Below are positions 50,331-62,615 of a DNA stretch of 64,000 nucleotides, one piece after another. Numbering within the stretch: the first letter of the stretch is position 1; each line of letters begins with the position of its first letter. Position numbers and translations under genes: made by a program. The notes under the pieces were generated by a model. It worked only from the letters and a program-made list of their open reading frames with translations. It ran no database searches and was not told where the DNA came from. The DNA is from Glaucostegus cemiculus (lineage: Eukaryota), in assembly GCA_976551045.1 (NCBI GenBank), contig CDPCPM010000033.1, positions 2,666,001-2,730,000 on the forward strand, read 5' to 3'.

Positions 50331-50910
50331 CTGCCTCCCCTTCAGGCCCTCCACCACCACAACCCATCAACCCCTGACATCCCCTGAGCTTTCAACTCCA
50401 GCCGCCCTACTGTTCCACCCACATATCTCCTACCCTGATTCACTGCAGTCTGCAGACTACATATTGCGGCTGTCAAATGCACACCTGACCTCTGAGCAGA
50501 AATCTGACTCATTCTGACATGCTTTCCCCCAAGCCAACTTCTCTGAACGTATCACATCCCCATTATCCAACCTATCTTGCCACCAGACTCTCTTACTTTA
50601 CAACTCCAAGCATACCAACTACCACTTCTCTAACAAAATTCTATATTTTGACAACCAATCCTGACTAATACTCTAACTCCAAACCACCGTCCCTTATTGA
50701 ACAATCCTATCTCACACCAATCCTGATAGGTTGAGCATTACCTCAATTGCTCTATTAATCAATTAGCTCAGAGTACCGATTCTCTTTCTCATTCTAGGCT
50801 TCTCTATCCAACACTCACAAGGCTCAGAGATACCTGATTTCCCTTGTGTACTTTGCAGTTAGCACTCAAAGGAAAGTGTTTCTTTGTACAAACTCGATTT
50901 AGTAATGCTG

Positions 50911-51399
50911 CATACGAACATATGAATCAGGAACAGAACTTGACCATTCGGGCTCTCAAACATTCTCAGCCATGTAATAAGGTCAAATCTGATGTAATCA
51001 TAACTTCAGCTCTGAGTTCCCATCTATTCATAGAACATTCACTTCCTTTTCATCTACCTCCGCTTTAAAAATGTTCAGAATTTCAAAGTCTAAAGAAAAA
51101 AGAATGCCTCATCTCTGTCATTAATGGATCATCCATTATTTGTAAGCAGTGAATCTTATTTCTAGATTCTCCCTTAAGAAAATGTCCTCCCCGCATCCCT
51201 CCTGTCCCCTCAGGATTTCATATGTTTCAATCAAACCCCTTCTCATTCTTCTGAATGCCAGCAAATAGAAGTGTAGCTTGTCCAACCTTTCTTTATAAGA
51301 CAGCCCATCCCTTCCAGCTATTAGTTCAGCAAATCTTCAATGAGCTACTTCAAACACATTAACATCCTTCCTTAAATAAGGAGATCAATGCTACATATA
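50911..51399 (-). mobile_element. CR1 LINE 3' fragment (gaacat-tail subfamily)
   Basis: catacgaacatatgaatcaggaacagaacttgaccattc...tctagattctcc...catccttccttaaataaggagatc. Confidence 0.75.
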
Positions 51400-51930
51400 G
51401 TCATACAGTCAGAGAGTCATACAGCATGGATACAGGCCCTTCAGCCCAACGCATCCATGCAAACTAAGATGGCCATCTAAGCTAGTCCCATTCGCCTGTG
51501 TTTGAACCATATCCCTCAAAGCCTTTCATATCCGTATACCTGTCCAAATGTCTTGTAAATGTTGTCATTATACCTGGCTCAACCACTTCCTCTGGCAGCT
51601 TATTCCATATACGTATCATCCTTTGTGTAAAAACGTTACCCTCCAGGCTCCTATTAAATCTTTCCCCTCTCATCTGAAACTTATGCCCTCTAGTTCTTGA
51701 TTTCCCAACACTGGGAAAAAGACTATGTGCATGTGCCCCTCATAATTTTATACACTTCTACTAGCTCACTCCTCAGTCTCCTATGTGCCAAGGAATAAAG
51801 TCCTAGCCTACCCTGTAACCCAGTCCCTCGAGTCTCAGTACAATCCTTGTAAATCTTTTCTGCACACTTCCCAGCTTAATGTCATCTTTCCTACCACCCA
51901 AACATTTCTGAGATTGCACACCAAGTTCCA
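51400..51930 (-). mobile_element. CR1 LINE 3' fragment (agtcatag-tail subfamily), less diverged
   Basis: Minus ORF 51482-51673 RGERFNRSLEGNVFTQRMIRIWNKLPEEVVE...FTRHLDRY is the CR1 ORF2 C-terminus FFTQRVV..WN.LP. Tail gtcatacagtcagagagtcatacagcatggatacaggcccttcagcccaac. Confidence 0.92.
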
Positions 51931-52679
51931 AGTATTCAATCTTACAATATATAGCATAACATGTATTTTCCATTAGAACATAACTACAATAATTTATTCA
52001 GAGTATTCAATAAATTGTCTGAACAAAGTAGAGAAAAAAATACTTAGTGCAGTGACTACTGTCCTTTTCCATCACAACGTTATATAAATTAACAAAAGTC
52101 AAAGCATTACTAAATGTTATTACATCTGAGTGCCTTAGATAGCTTTTGGTTGGTTGAAACAACATTGCAACTAAAGGACTTCAGACACCAGCTTTTCTAC
52201 CAGTCTTTTGTGTTATGATAAAAATATTTAATCGCAGACCTTTTACAAAATAACTAAAAGAAAACTGTATTGATTTTCATGACTTATATCTCTGGGGGAT
52301 CTCATGGTGTGATCTCATTGACATTTTTGAATGGAATAGCCAGCATTTCACAATAAGTCTGCAACTTCTGTGTATGCACTGTCAGTGTGTCACTCCTGAA
52401 GTTACTGATGGAGCACAAAATCTATCATTTTATCCCGTAACTAGGTCCAACTTGCTGAGGTTTCTCAGCATTGAGACTGGGGATTGCCCCTCTAACTCTC
52501 CACTGGGCCAATTTCAAAGGGGAGGGGGGAGAATTGAAGACAATGGGGAAGGGAAGCTCATTTTTGAAATGTTGAAAAAAAACATTTCAGTTTAATGTTT
52601 TCTGTGTGTTTTTAGCTAACTAATTTTCAAACATTTTTTAGAATTTCTTAATTTAGTTTTATACAAAAGCACAGTGATA

Positions 52680-53010
52680 GTAGCAGGAGTAGGCTACCTG
52701 GCCCCACCAAACAAGATGATCATGGCTGATCTGTCCCATGCCTCAGTTCCATTTTTCTGCCACTTGCAGATAGCCTTCTACACTCCAGTCCAGTCTTTCA
52801 AAAACGTATCTACCTTCCCTTTAAATACCCCCTGCGATGTAGACCTCACTGTACTCTTGTGGAAGAGCATTCCAAAGATTCATCATCATTTGAGAGAAGA
52901 AATTCCTAGGCACGACAGCTTTAAATGACCATGCCCTTATTTTATGACTATGTTCCCTCATTCGAGAGTTTTCTTTCAGTGGAAAAAATCTCAGCATCTA
53001 CCATGCCATT
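52680..53010 (-). mobile_element. CR1 LINE 3' fragment
   Basis: gtagcaggagtaggc...gatcatggctgatctg...gcattccaaagattcatc...tgagagaagaaattcct...tggaaaaaatctcagcatctacc. Confidence 0.8.
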
Positions 53011-54159
53011 CCCATCTGAGGCCCTTAAGTGACCTTACCTCAGGAGCAATAAAGTCACTTCTCATTATGAATAGTTTTTGGTATGTGTAAATATCAAAGT
53101 TATTTAAAGACAATCAATTTACCCTCACAAATTTGGTGCACAGCAAAACTGCGGGCATGTTAAGCTGGCCATGATAGCTTTCAGGAGCACTTTGGAGCAT
53201 AGGACTTCCTTACTGCCATACTAAAGGCCATTTTCCTGTCGTGACCTTGCTGCTGGAGTTCAGATTGTACCTGGCCAGCAGAATACGTCCTGTGCATCAG
53301 AGCAAGACAAGTATGGTTGTGGGAAGACCAACATGTAGCAGGGGAATCAGACCAGTGAGACTTGGGCTATAAATCATTTGGCATTTTACTGAAAGCCAAA
53401 AGTGCAGTCTATTTTTGTCTTACAAATTAAAAATAAGGGTAAATTCACTCTGTTTGGTGCCATAGAGTCACAGAGTCTTAGCGAACAAGATGACCTCAGA
53501 ATAAGTCACTCTAAGTTCTAAGAATTCTAACTTATTCTAAGATCATTGCATTAGTATATGCTACCTCTTTCCTAACCATTCATTCAGACTCATTTCTTTC
53601 ATAGAACTGAAAGGAAAAAGGTTTCAATAAACAAATCAAAAATTACTAAACCTGCTCTTGATTTGAGCCAGTGAGACCATTTAAGTATTACAATCTCACC
53701 GCATAACTGAAAAATGAAGCTTGGGAAGTGCAATAACTAAACCGATATTTTTGAATACTCTGAAACTTCCGGGAGAAATCATCTTATTTACATCACGAGA
53801 AACAGTCAGGTACATTGGCTGTAAATTTACGTGAGACTGCTTGCATTTTTCAGTGTAACAACATTACATAAAATACAAAAGTGTACCAACAAAATAAATT
53901 GCTGTCATGAATATTAAGAAACTGGAACTGAATAAACACAACATTTAGGGCACTGATTTATGGATGCCATTCTGTTAGCAAATTAAAAAAAATATTAACC
54001 TCATCCTGTTAAGTGGTGGAGTGCAGAATAGCAAATTGCTCCTTTAGTGTTCTGAGGGTTAAATTAATATTGTATTGCACTTACTTATGGCGTCTACAAA
54101 TTGATCAAAAAAGCCGAATGGAAAAAGTGGCTCAGGCAGCTCTCTGAAAAACATCTTTA

Positions 54160-54339
54160 NNNNNNNNNNNNNNNNNNNNNNNNNNNNNNNNNNNNNNNNN
54201 NNNNNNNNNNNNNNNNNNNNNNNNNNNNNNNNNNNNNNNNNNNNNNNNNNNNNNNNNNNNNNNNNNNNNNNNNNNNNNNNNNNNNNNNNNNNNNNNNNNN
54301 NNNNNNNNNNNNNNNNNNNNNNNNNNNNNNNNNNNNNNN
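54160..54339. other. Assembly gap (180 N)
   Basis: Run of n characters. Confidence 1.
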
Positions 54340-54412
54340 AGGTTTAGAGCTGCGCAATTTTCCACAGAAGAACATATTCAGTACAATACCATCTGCAGGA
54401 ATGTAGCGTGCA

Positions 54413-54456
54413 CTCTCTCTCACATACACACACGTACACACATACACACACAAACA
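54413..54456. repeat. Imperfect (CT)n/(CA)n microsatellite
   Basis: ctctctctcacatacacacacgtacacacatacacacacaaaca. Confidence 0.85.
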
Positions 54457-56494
54457 AAAGGACATAAAGGCTCATGCTCATGACTGAAGATGTCAGGTAC
54501 ACTTATACCCATAATGCTTTTGCTGATAAATTAACACCACTACTGAACATGATTCAAAGCTATTAGCATTCAAGGCTAAGAGGGGCTGCGTAGTGGCAGC
54601 AACTGCTGGCTGAGCTGAACTCATGGGACCGGCCTGCAGGCCTTACAGAGCCAACATGAGACATATGCTAAACATGGCAATTGAAAATGAGCTATTACTT
54701 TACATGTGTCAACTCTGCCACGTACAAGGGAATTAAAGATAACTCCCTTTCTTTGCTTGAATTTAGTGCTAGTTAGGAATGTACAGAAGGAATGGGAGTT
54801 CCCTTTCCAATAAAAAAATGTTGCTGTGTACTTAAAAAAATATAGAACAGGTATGAAATGTTGTACCAGCACATAAATAACAAGAAAATTGGTATTAATG
54901 TAAAGCCCAGCTAAATAAATTATTCCAAACACCATCTTTTTTAACAGATTAATCTGTATTCAGGCTTTTATTTCTACTAAAAATAAATTTGGTTATATGC
55001 AATCGTTTTAAAGAAATTTTTAGCTGACTGAACTTAAAATACAAACTCACAATTGCACTAGTGTAAAATTGCATTAGATGCTACGTATTGACATGGACTT
55101 TCATTAACCAGACCATCAAAGCAGTTAAATCTCCAACAAAAAAAAGTGTACCGAAGGTGGAAAATGTCTTTTGAACAGTAACTGATAGGTTGAAAGTAAA
55201 AGAAGTGCCTAGAAATTCAATGACATAATGCAGCTTTTTCCTCATGGTTTACAACTGACAATTGATTCTTTTTTCCAGAGTGAAACATAATAATGACTAA
55301 TTGTAGATTGTTTTGAGTGACTTGGAAAATTCGAGGGGGCACTTCCTTGTGTGATTCACTTTCGCGATACTCGCAGGACTTGTCCGTTGGCGTGTACAGA
55401 ATGACATCATTCCTTATACAGTTCAGGGGAACGGACTGCACGTTGCTGAAGGTGTCTGAAGTTGGACATTCCTTAGAAAACATGGTCAAACCAGCATGGT
55501 GCCAAATCAGCATGCCTGTCAGGTGGGCAAATCCTAGGCAGCTACCTTCCCCTGCACTCTGCCTATCTTGCCTACCAACCAGCCCAAACTCTGTTCAGGC
55601 AGCAGATCCACAACTTTACTGCCTGCACCACACTTTTGAACTACAAACTTTGATCTCCTCCGAACTGACAATTCAGATGTTGATGCTGGTCTAAATCCCT
55701 GATCACAACAGCTTCCTTTCAAATAAAAAAAACTGACTTTCTCTCAGTCAAACTATGCTTGTCTTTGATCCCCAATCACTCCTTTCAAACTGGAGTTCAC
55801 CCTTTTTTGCTGTATTAAACTGGGCTGGACAGTGCCTGATCAAGGACCCCCCAAAAAATAGCAAAATTGGGGAAAATTTACATTTGAAAAAATGATTTGT
55901 GTCCTTCTCTCTGATTGCAGCATAAAAATGCAACCTGCTCAACCCCTGATAGCAATCACCTGCATTGATTGCAGTTGGCATATCTTTGTTACTAGAAACA
56001 TGGAATGTGGGCCTTTGCTTGAAGAACTCTCTCCATGGCAGATTCATTTCAGAAGCACAAAAGGCTGCCATTGAGGTGAAGGAAAAAGTGAAGAAATGTG
56101 CCATCACTTCTGAGGCACACTTCTCCCATCTGCCACTACTGGCATAGATTGCATCCTATGCCACTGCAAAGCACAAATTCATTACTCTGTAGAAGTTGCA
56201 GCATGTATCTCTATTGTGCATAGCTATCATAAGCATTGTGTGACCCAGTAATGTGTATGAAACATGCAGAGCATTAAAAACTCAGGCAGGCAAATACTGA
56301 CAGTTCAAATCAATATTTCATCCAGATCTTTTAACTCAGACCTCCGAACTATCTCTGCTTGCTTCTTGTTTACTGGGAGTTAAAAGCAAAGGTCATTTTT
56401 CCATTTGAACTGTATATCATTTTTCCATTTCTGTTCGTATAGCAGGGATGAACATCGTGCATATTGAATACATTATTGTTCATGCAAATGATCT

Positions 56495-56920
56495 CATAGA
56501 ACCCCTCTGATGAAGAAATTTCTTCTTATCTCAGTCTTGAACTGTTGATCCCTGATTTTCAGTGTTACAGAGGTGAAACCAAACCCATGCAGGCTAGTAT
56601 GATGCACCAGTAAGAAAGTGGCCAAAACTATGCCTGGAAAGTGATAGTGAGAAATCTAAGATACTAAGATGTCTGGTTCTAAATACTCCAGACAAGGGAA
56701 ACATCTCCTCTGGATCAGCTCCATCAAGTCTTGTAAGAACTATGTTTTAATCAAATCACTTCTCATTCTTGTAAACTCTAAGTATAGGTTCAATTCACTA
56801 ATTTCTTCTCATAGAACAATTTATCCATTGCAATAATCAGTCTGGTGAACCTTCATGTCACTCCCTCCATCACAAGTTTCTCTTTCCTGAAGTAGGAAGA
56901 CTGGAACTGTACACAATATT
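56495..56920 (-). mobile_element. CR1 LINE fragment with an insertion of about 100 bp
   Basis: cccctctgatgaagaaatttcttcttatctcagtcttga ... ggttctaaatactccagacaagggaaacatc ... atcagtctggtgaaccttc ... gaactgtacacaatatt. Confidence 0.75.
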
Positions 56921-57079
56921 AGTTCTATTCACAACTACTCAATTCCAAATAAAGTTAGAGTGGAATATAAAGATCATTATGTAATCACTGACTAGTATTT
57001 AACTGCATCACCCATATTAATACTGTGGCTTAAAGAGTAGGACAGAGGCTATTGTCATGGAAAGCTCACCACCTAACTG

Positions 57080-57353
57080 GATTCTTTAGGCCTTTGTATC
57101 TTCCACCTATCACCTCCCAGCTTCATATGTCATTCCCACTCCCCCACCTGCCTATCTTCTCTTTCTCACCTGGATACACTTCTCACCCACCAGATCTCAC
57201 TCCATCCCCTCTTCCACCCTTTTATACTGTCTATCTCCCCTCTTTCATTCCAGTCCTGAACAAGGGTCTCGACCTGAACTGTTGATTGTCTACTTCCCTC
57301 CATAGATGCTGCCTGACTCATTGAGTTCTTCCAGCATTTTGTGTGTCACTCCA
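57080..57353 (+). mobile_element. Penelope 3' UTR and pLTR with decayed hammerhead (57251-57288)
   Basis: Pyrimidine-rich ttccacctatcacctcccagctt..., then CAGTC CTGAACA A GGGTC TC GACCT GAAC TG TT GATTG, then ccctccatagatgctgcctgactcattgagttcttccagcattttgtgtg. Confidence 0.85.
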
Positions 57354-57527
57354 TGTGCCATGGAGTTTTCCTGGACAATAATATTAACCACTTAGTTCTG
57401 TCAGTCACTTCTGCGTTAAGTATGATAACATTATTGCTTCATTTTAAGTATAAATAAGACTACAAAAAAAATGCATGAACTATGAAACAAAACATAAATT
57501 GGCCAAGAAATTCATAATGATTTTTGG

Positions 57528-57595
57528 AGACACAAGAGATTCTGCCGATGCTGGAATCTAGAGCAACCTGCTGAGTTCCGCCAGCATTTTGTGCA
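57528..57595. mobile_element. Collapsed inverted junction of Penelope pLTR ends
   Basis: agacacaagagattctgccgatgctggaatctagagcaa (same as 43912-43949) fused to opposite-orientation cctgctgagttccgccagcattttgtg (same as 44100-44126). Confidence 0.75.
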
Positions 57596-60019
57596 TAGTG
57601 ATTTTTACTTTTTCAATTTTTCTCATTATACTTCTTTTCATATCCCCTGTAGATCATCAACTATTTCCTAATTTCCATGCTTTTTTAATTAAAATGTGCT
57701 GATTTCCACACCAGTATTTTCAATATGGTCATTGGCCTTGCCTATGTCTGCAGTCTTTGTGACCATGTCTGTGCTATTTCCTTCTTCCTTAACTTGTACT
57801 TTTTCTTCTGAAGTGCTGTTAACTCCAGAATACCTTTATGTTCTAAGAGAAATTTCTATTCCTGAAAAATCAGCTGTTCTGGTTTTTTTCCAATGGCTAA
57901 CCTGCTGAACGCCTTCATTTTCTCTGTTTGAATAATCACTCCAGAGATATTGTTAGAGCACAGCAATGAAAGTAGTAAAGAGAGCACAAAGTAGGCCAAT
58001 TCCATCAGGTAAGGCAAATTTGAGATCTAGTCGGACCTTTGAGAAAATCGGATGTCTTTGAATATGAATGACACATGTAACTAGTAGAGTTAATTACAAT
58101 TTCAGATGATATTTCTTTTGGGTGGGGCTGTAGAAGTGCATGAAGATGTGGAGAATTATAGTAAAAGTAGCATAGTACAAGCATTATAGCTTCCAAATAC
58201 ATTACAATGTCATGTATTTATTCATCTTCAAGTTAATAAATTGCTCTGGGACTACTATTTGGGAGAAGGAATGTTGTGTAAATGAAATAACATTGAATGC
58301 ATTTGTTTACTTAATTATTGCACAAATATATTTAGCAATGTATCTTTACCACATGCTCTACAAAACATATAAAAATATTTTTGTCTGATAAAAAGCGTTA
58401 ACAGAGCAATGTTATGCATTTGCTGATGTTTTGTAAGGCCTCAACTGATTTTGAATACATAAACTGAACTTTCTCTTTAAAATATGACATGTATTGCATT
58501 TAATAAGGTTTGATAACATGTTTGTTTATAATTTCTAATTCAATATATCTCTGTTTTGAATCATTATAAAAAAGCAAGTGATATATGTGTAGACTCTAAA
58601 CTAATGGTGACATTTTCACTCTCCAAATGTGCTACTATTAACGACACCAAAGTTCTTTGTCATTTTGTAAAAGAAATAGTATATATTGTAGGTTATATTC
58701 CATGATACATACTGAGGCAAAAATCACTCTGAAAAATTATCCCATGCAGTGGTATTTTGTTGTAATATTGAAATTGTATAAGGCACTAAGTTGGAAAACT
58801 GCTGTATTTGAATACATCCTTGTTTAACTTTAGCTTTTAATCATTGAACTAAGCCATTCACACGCTGTCCTGATCCAGATCCCCATCTGTTTGATTGAAA
58901 ACACTTCAGGAGTATCCCTTTATTACATTACATGGTTTTAATTTCAATTGACTACAGCCTAGTGGGTCTGTTCAGAACAGTCAATGCTAAACAATGACAT
59001 CAAGAGCCTGAGGCCTAATGTGGCGTACAGTCACTTTAAAGAACAGAGGTTTTCAGTTTGTTGAAGTCTGTCAACTACTTTGAGCTGTTTATTCTCACCA
59101 TGGTGTCACACCCCCTACACGTCCCTTTTGATACAAACCGTTTCATTTTCTCTTTGGTCAAATCAAATCTTACCCTTTAGCCCATTACCCATTCACTCAC
59201 TATACTGTCTGGGTTTTTTTTTCCAAATTATTTGCTCTCTTTCTATAACATCACAGTGTAATACATTTATTCCTTATCGCTGTTTTAAAAAATCTTAAAT
59301 GAGATGCATTTGTATTACGTTCATTATACTAGCTTTGTGATCCTGCCATAGTAAATATTTTCTCAAGTCATTCTGTATTTTCCTTCTCACTAGTTTCATA
59401 GCTTTGTCCAGTAACGCTTTGCAAATTTATTTTAAAACTAAGACCAGTGAAAAGATTGTTATTTGAAACATGCAACTGTTTTCACAATCCACATAGTAAT
59501 ACAAATTTCACAAATTAAGCTTGTCACTGCCAATGGTAATGCTAATACTAAGCGTGTACACTGAAAGGAATACAGGTGTGAAGACCATTACTAATATTAC
59601 TCTGAAACTCTTCCTACTGTTGTAATATGTTAACATCCTCTATTTCATTTTAAAATAGATGTTTAACATCAAAGGAAAATAGGGATCAAGATGTGTTTAC
59701 AAAACTTTCTAAACAAAAGGCATCATGTTAAAAATTGGTTTATCCCTGAGCAGGGCAATTTTAGGGAACTGTGTTCTTCAATTTTGGTAGACATTCATAC
59801 TGCCTTGTACTTTTTTCCTTCATAAAACTTCCGCAAATAACATCAACAACAGGGCAACGTGCAAAATGCATTAGCAATGAGATTTTCAACCTTACTGGCA
59901 TGAAAACTGGCTGTTCCTTGAGTCAATAAGCACTATCAGGTGTTTAAACAACCTTGTTTTCCATGAAGCTATGCTGTTTAAAGGGACAGTACTGACTGCA
60001 CTGTTTGTGCTCACTAAGT

Positions 60020-60660
60020 TGGGTGGCCTCCTTTCACCTCACATATTACCTCATAAGTGTGCCTCGACTAAGAAAGTCAAGGTCATGGCCACTTTTAACT
60101 TCGTAACTTCAGGATCATTCCAGGTTCCCATTGTTGGTCTCTGCCACCGATGACACTTTGTTGGTGACTCCTGGATTAGGGAAGTCACCCAGACTGCATA
60201 CCCTGGGAGACTTTGTCTACTTTTCTCAAGAGGCCACAGGAGCTGGCAGAGAGGGCATGGGCATTCACCTACATCACATATTTCCTGAAAGTGCAAGGAC
60301 CCAGAAACTCCTCATGTAACCTTCAACTAGAAGTACTTGGTTGTAATTCTCTAGAATTTCTATGGTTCCCATGCACAAAAAATGCTTTCCATAGGCAATA
60401 GTCTTTTTATCTTCCTCTGGACCTTTGGGAGCACTCCCTCAGACCTCTACCATCATTGGAACATTTATTTATTCAGTAGTAACACTCCTCCACAGATGGA
60501 AGAGTACTGCTTGTACTGTGGCATGTCTGTTCAGGAACTGCCTCCAAAGATGACACCTGCTGAGCTACCTGCTAATGGCTGCAAGAATTGTAATATGTCA
60601 ACATAGAATGCTATACTGAGGCCAACCATGCCACTTTCAACATAGTGTTACACAGGGTAA
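60020..60660 (+). mobile_element. PIF/Harbinger transposase pseudogene fragment (HARBI1-like family)
   Basis: Ordered translated motifs KVKVMATFNFVTSGSFQ, WIREVTQTAY, DFVYF, AERAWAFTYITYFLKVQG and ECYTEANHATFNIV match VKVTxALNFYASGSFQ, CIREVTxALY, FIxF, ERAxGFxxIAGFPKVQG and ExxYNxAHxxTRNIIE. Stops and frameshifts are present. Confidence 0.8.
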
Positions 60661-62499
60661 ATCAACAAAACTCTTCTGTGAAACTTCCATTTGCAGTTCT
60701 TGCTCTTTATGTGGTTTTCTCAAAGAGCACAAGCATGGTGCAAGACATTGTTTTAATGCACAAAAATGTGCTTGAAGCATCTTCCAGGCCCTAATCTTTT
60801 ACCTAGATGTCTTGAGAAAGGATAAGGTCTTGGTAATTACTAACATGTTTTGCATTTGTAACAGCTCACTCTGCAAAATTTTGTTTCCCTCTGCACATGC
60901 TTTGTGAACAAGAATTACTGTTATTGCAGATAACCAAGTAAAATATTTTTCAACATTTCCGAGAATTTCACCCTGGATTAGGAGTGCTAAATCTGCATCA
61001 CCTCCAAAGTCTATTCCACTGAGTTCTGATTGATTTTAGATTACAGCATTCTAGTGCAATCATAAAGTGGATTTGATGTTTCAGAGCAAGGATGAATTTT
61101 TAGACATCTGTATCTTCATAAGATTTTTGTGCCAATTAGCAAATTCATGTGAATAAAGTAAATAATCTCACTTACTGTGTCCAAGTTACACAATAAAATA
61201 AACAACACAAAGACCTGCAAGTTATTATTTTGAAGATTTGATTAGCATCTCCTTAAAGGAGTTTAAAAAAACATATTATATGTTAATTGTTTCATACTTT
61301 TGATAATGTGGCACATCCATAGCAGAATACTCTCCAGGACCATATGTCCAGTGCAGTGACTGGGAAGTGAAGGTTCAATAAGCACACCGCCAGACGTCTG
61401 TTGGAAGCTCAATGAGACCCTGCATTAAGGACTGTTAGAAATTTTGCCATTCCTTTCCACGTAGAGGCTACTGTAAAATTAATCTGCTTTACATCTGATT
61501 CATTTTTAGATACTAGCCAGGGATTTAACCAGACTCATTCAGCCATGTTGTGTGCCTCAGGTGACAGAGATTTTTGTCAGGTGAACATATTCTGATATCT
61601 GTTTCTTTTTTGGGTCAGTGCAACAGCAGCAGAGAGTCAGACATGACTTCCACCAAATATCGGGCTGTCCACAGTCCAATTAATTGCACACATACAGCTC
61701 CCAAACCAATTGCTTTCAATGAGGATATCATTTGAAAAGTTCTGCCTTGACAGCAACATGTACGGTCTGTGATTCCTCATGTAAATTCAGTTATCAAACA
61801 CCGCATTACAACTAAAAGAATAAGTCCCAAAAGTATACAGCTTCTCTTGGATAAGTGGTCTACAGAAGCTGTTCCTCTCTTTGTTTCATGAATAGAGCTT
61901 CAGATTATCTCAAGTTTGCTTGACGTTAAGGCAGATCATTTGTCAAATTTTATAGTTAACCCTCTGCAAATAGAAGGTAGCATAAGTTTAACAGAGGCTT
62001 GTACATTCTTTGCTTCTTCTATAATAAACTAATTCAGGAAAACCTTCGAAAATGTTTTTGAATTAAAGTTAGGTTTATCATTTACTACTTTAAAATAAAT
62101 TATGACACCTCTAACACAGTTAGTAGAATTTTCAATTAATAATCTAGGTGTTTTGGTGTTGCTTTTGATAAAACTTGCACTTCCCATGTATTTTCTTCAT
62201 GATCTTTCTTGGCCTTCCAACTTGTGCACCAAACATAAGGAGACATGCTAAGTTGTTTGCTCATTGATCACAATTACATCAGCCACTAGATAGCTGAAGT
62301 ATTTTGTAGGTGGCTTTCAAAGAAAAATGTTAACTTCCTTTGTATAAACATTGACCATCTGGTCAATATCCTTAAAGTGCAACAACTGTTGAGTAGCATA
62401 GCATGTGGGGATTATGGTCATTTTAGTGTCTTATTATTTCATGATTAAGAGTAGCATTAGCTATTATTTAATTCTTTATGCGGTTGACAGGGATAAAGT

Positions 62500-62615
62500 C
62501 AGAATATAGATGGAGGCCATTCAGCAGATTGAAACTATGCCATATTTTTAATAGAGCTATCCAATCAATCGCACTCCCATATATTTTTCCTATCGCCTTG
62601 TATTGTTTCCCTCTG
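62500..62615 (-). mobile_element. CR1/SINE 3' tail
   Basis: atagatggaggccattcagcagattgaaactatgcc...agagctatccaatcaatcgcactccc; similar to 16755-16850. Confidence 0.65.

Noticed and set aside
54101-54465. ORFs spanning X residues
   Set aside because: Artefacts of the N gap.
55940-56130. Possible second Harbinger Myb-like remnant (ETWNVGLCLKN...EKVKK)
   Set aside because: Similarity is too weak to support by eye.
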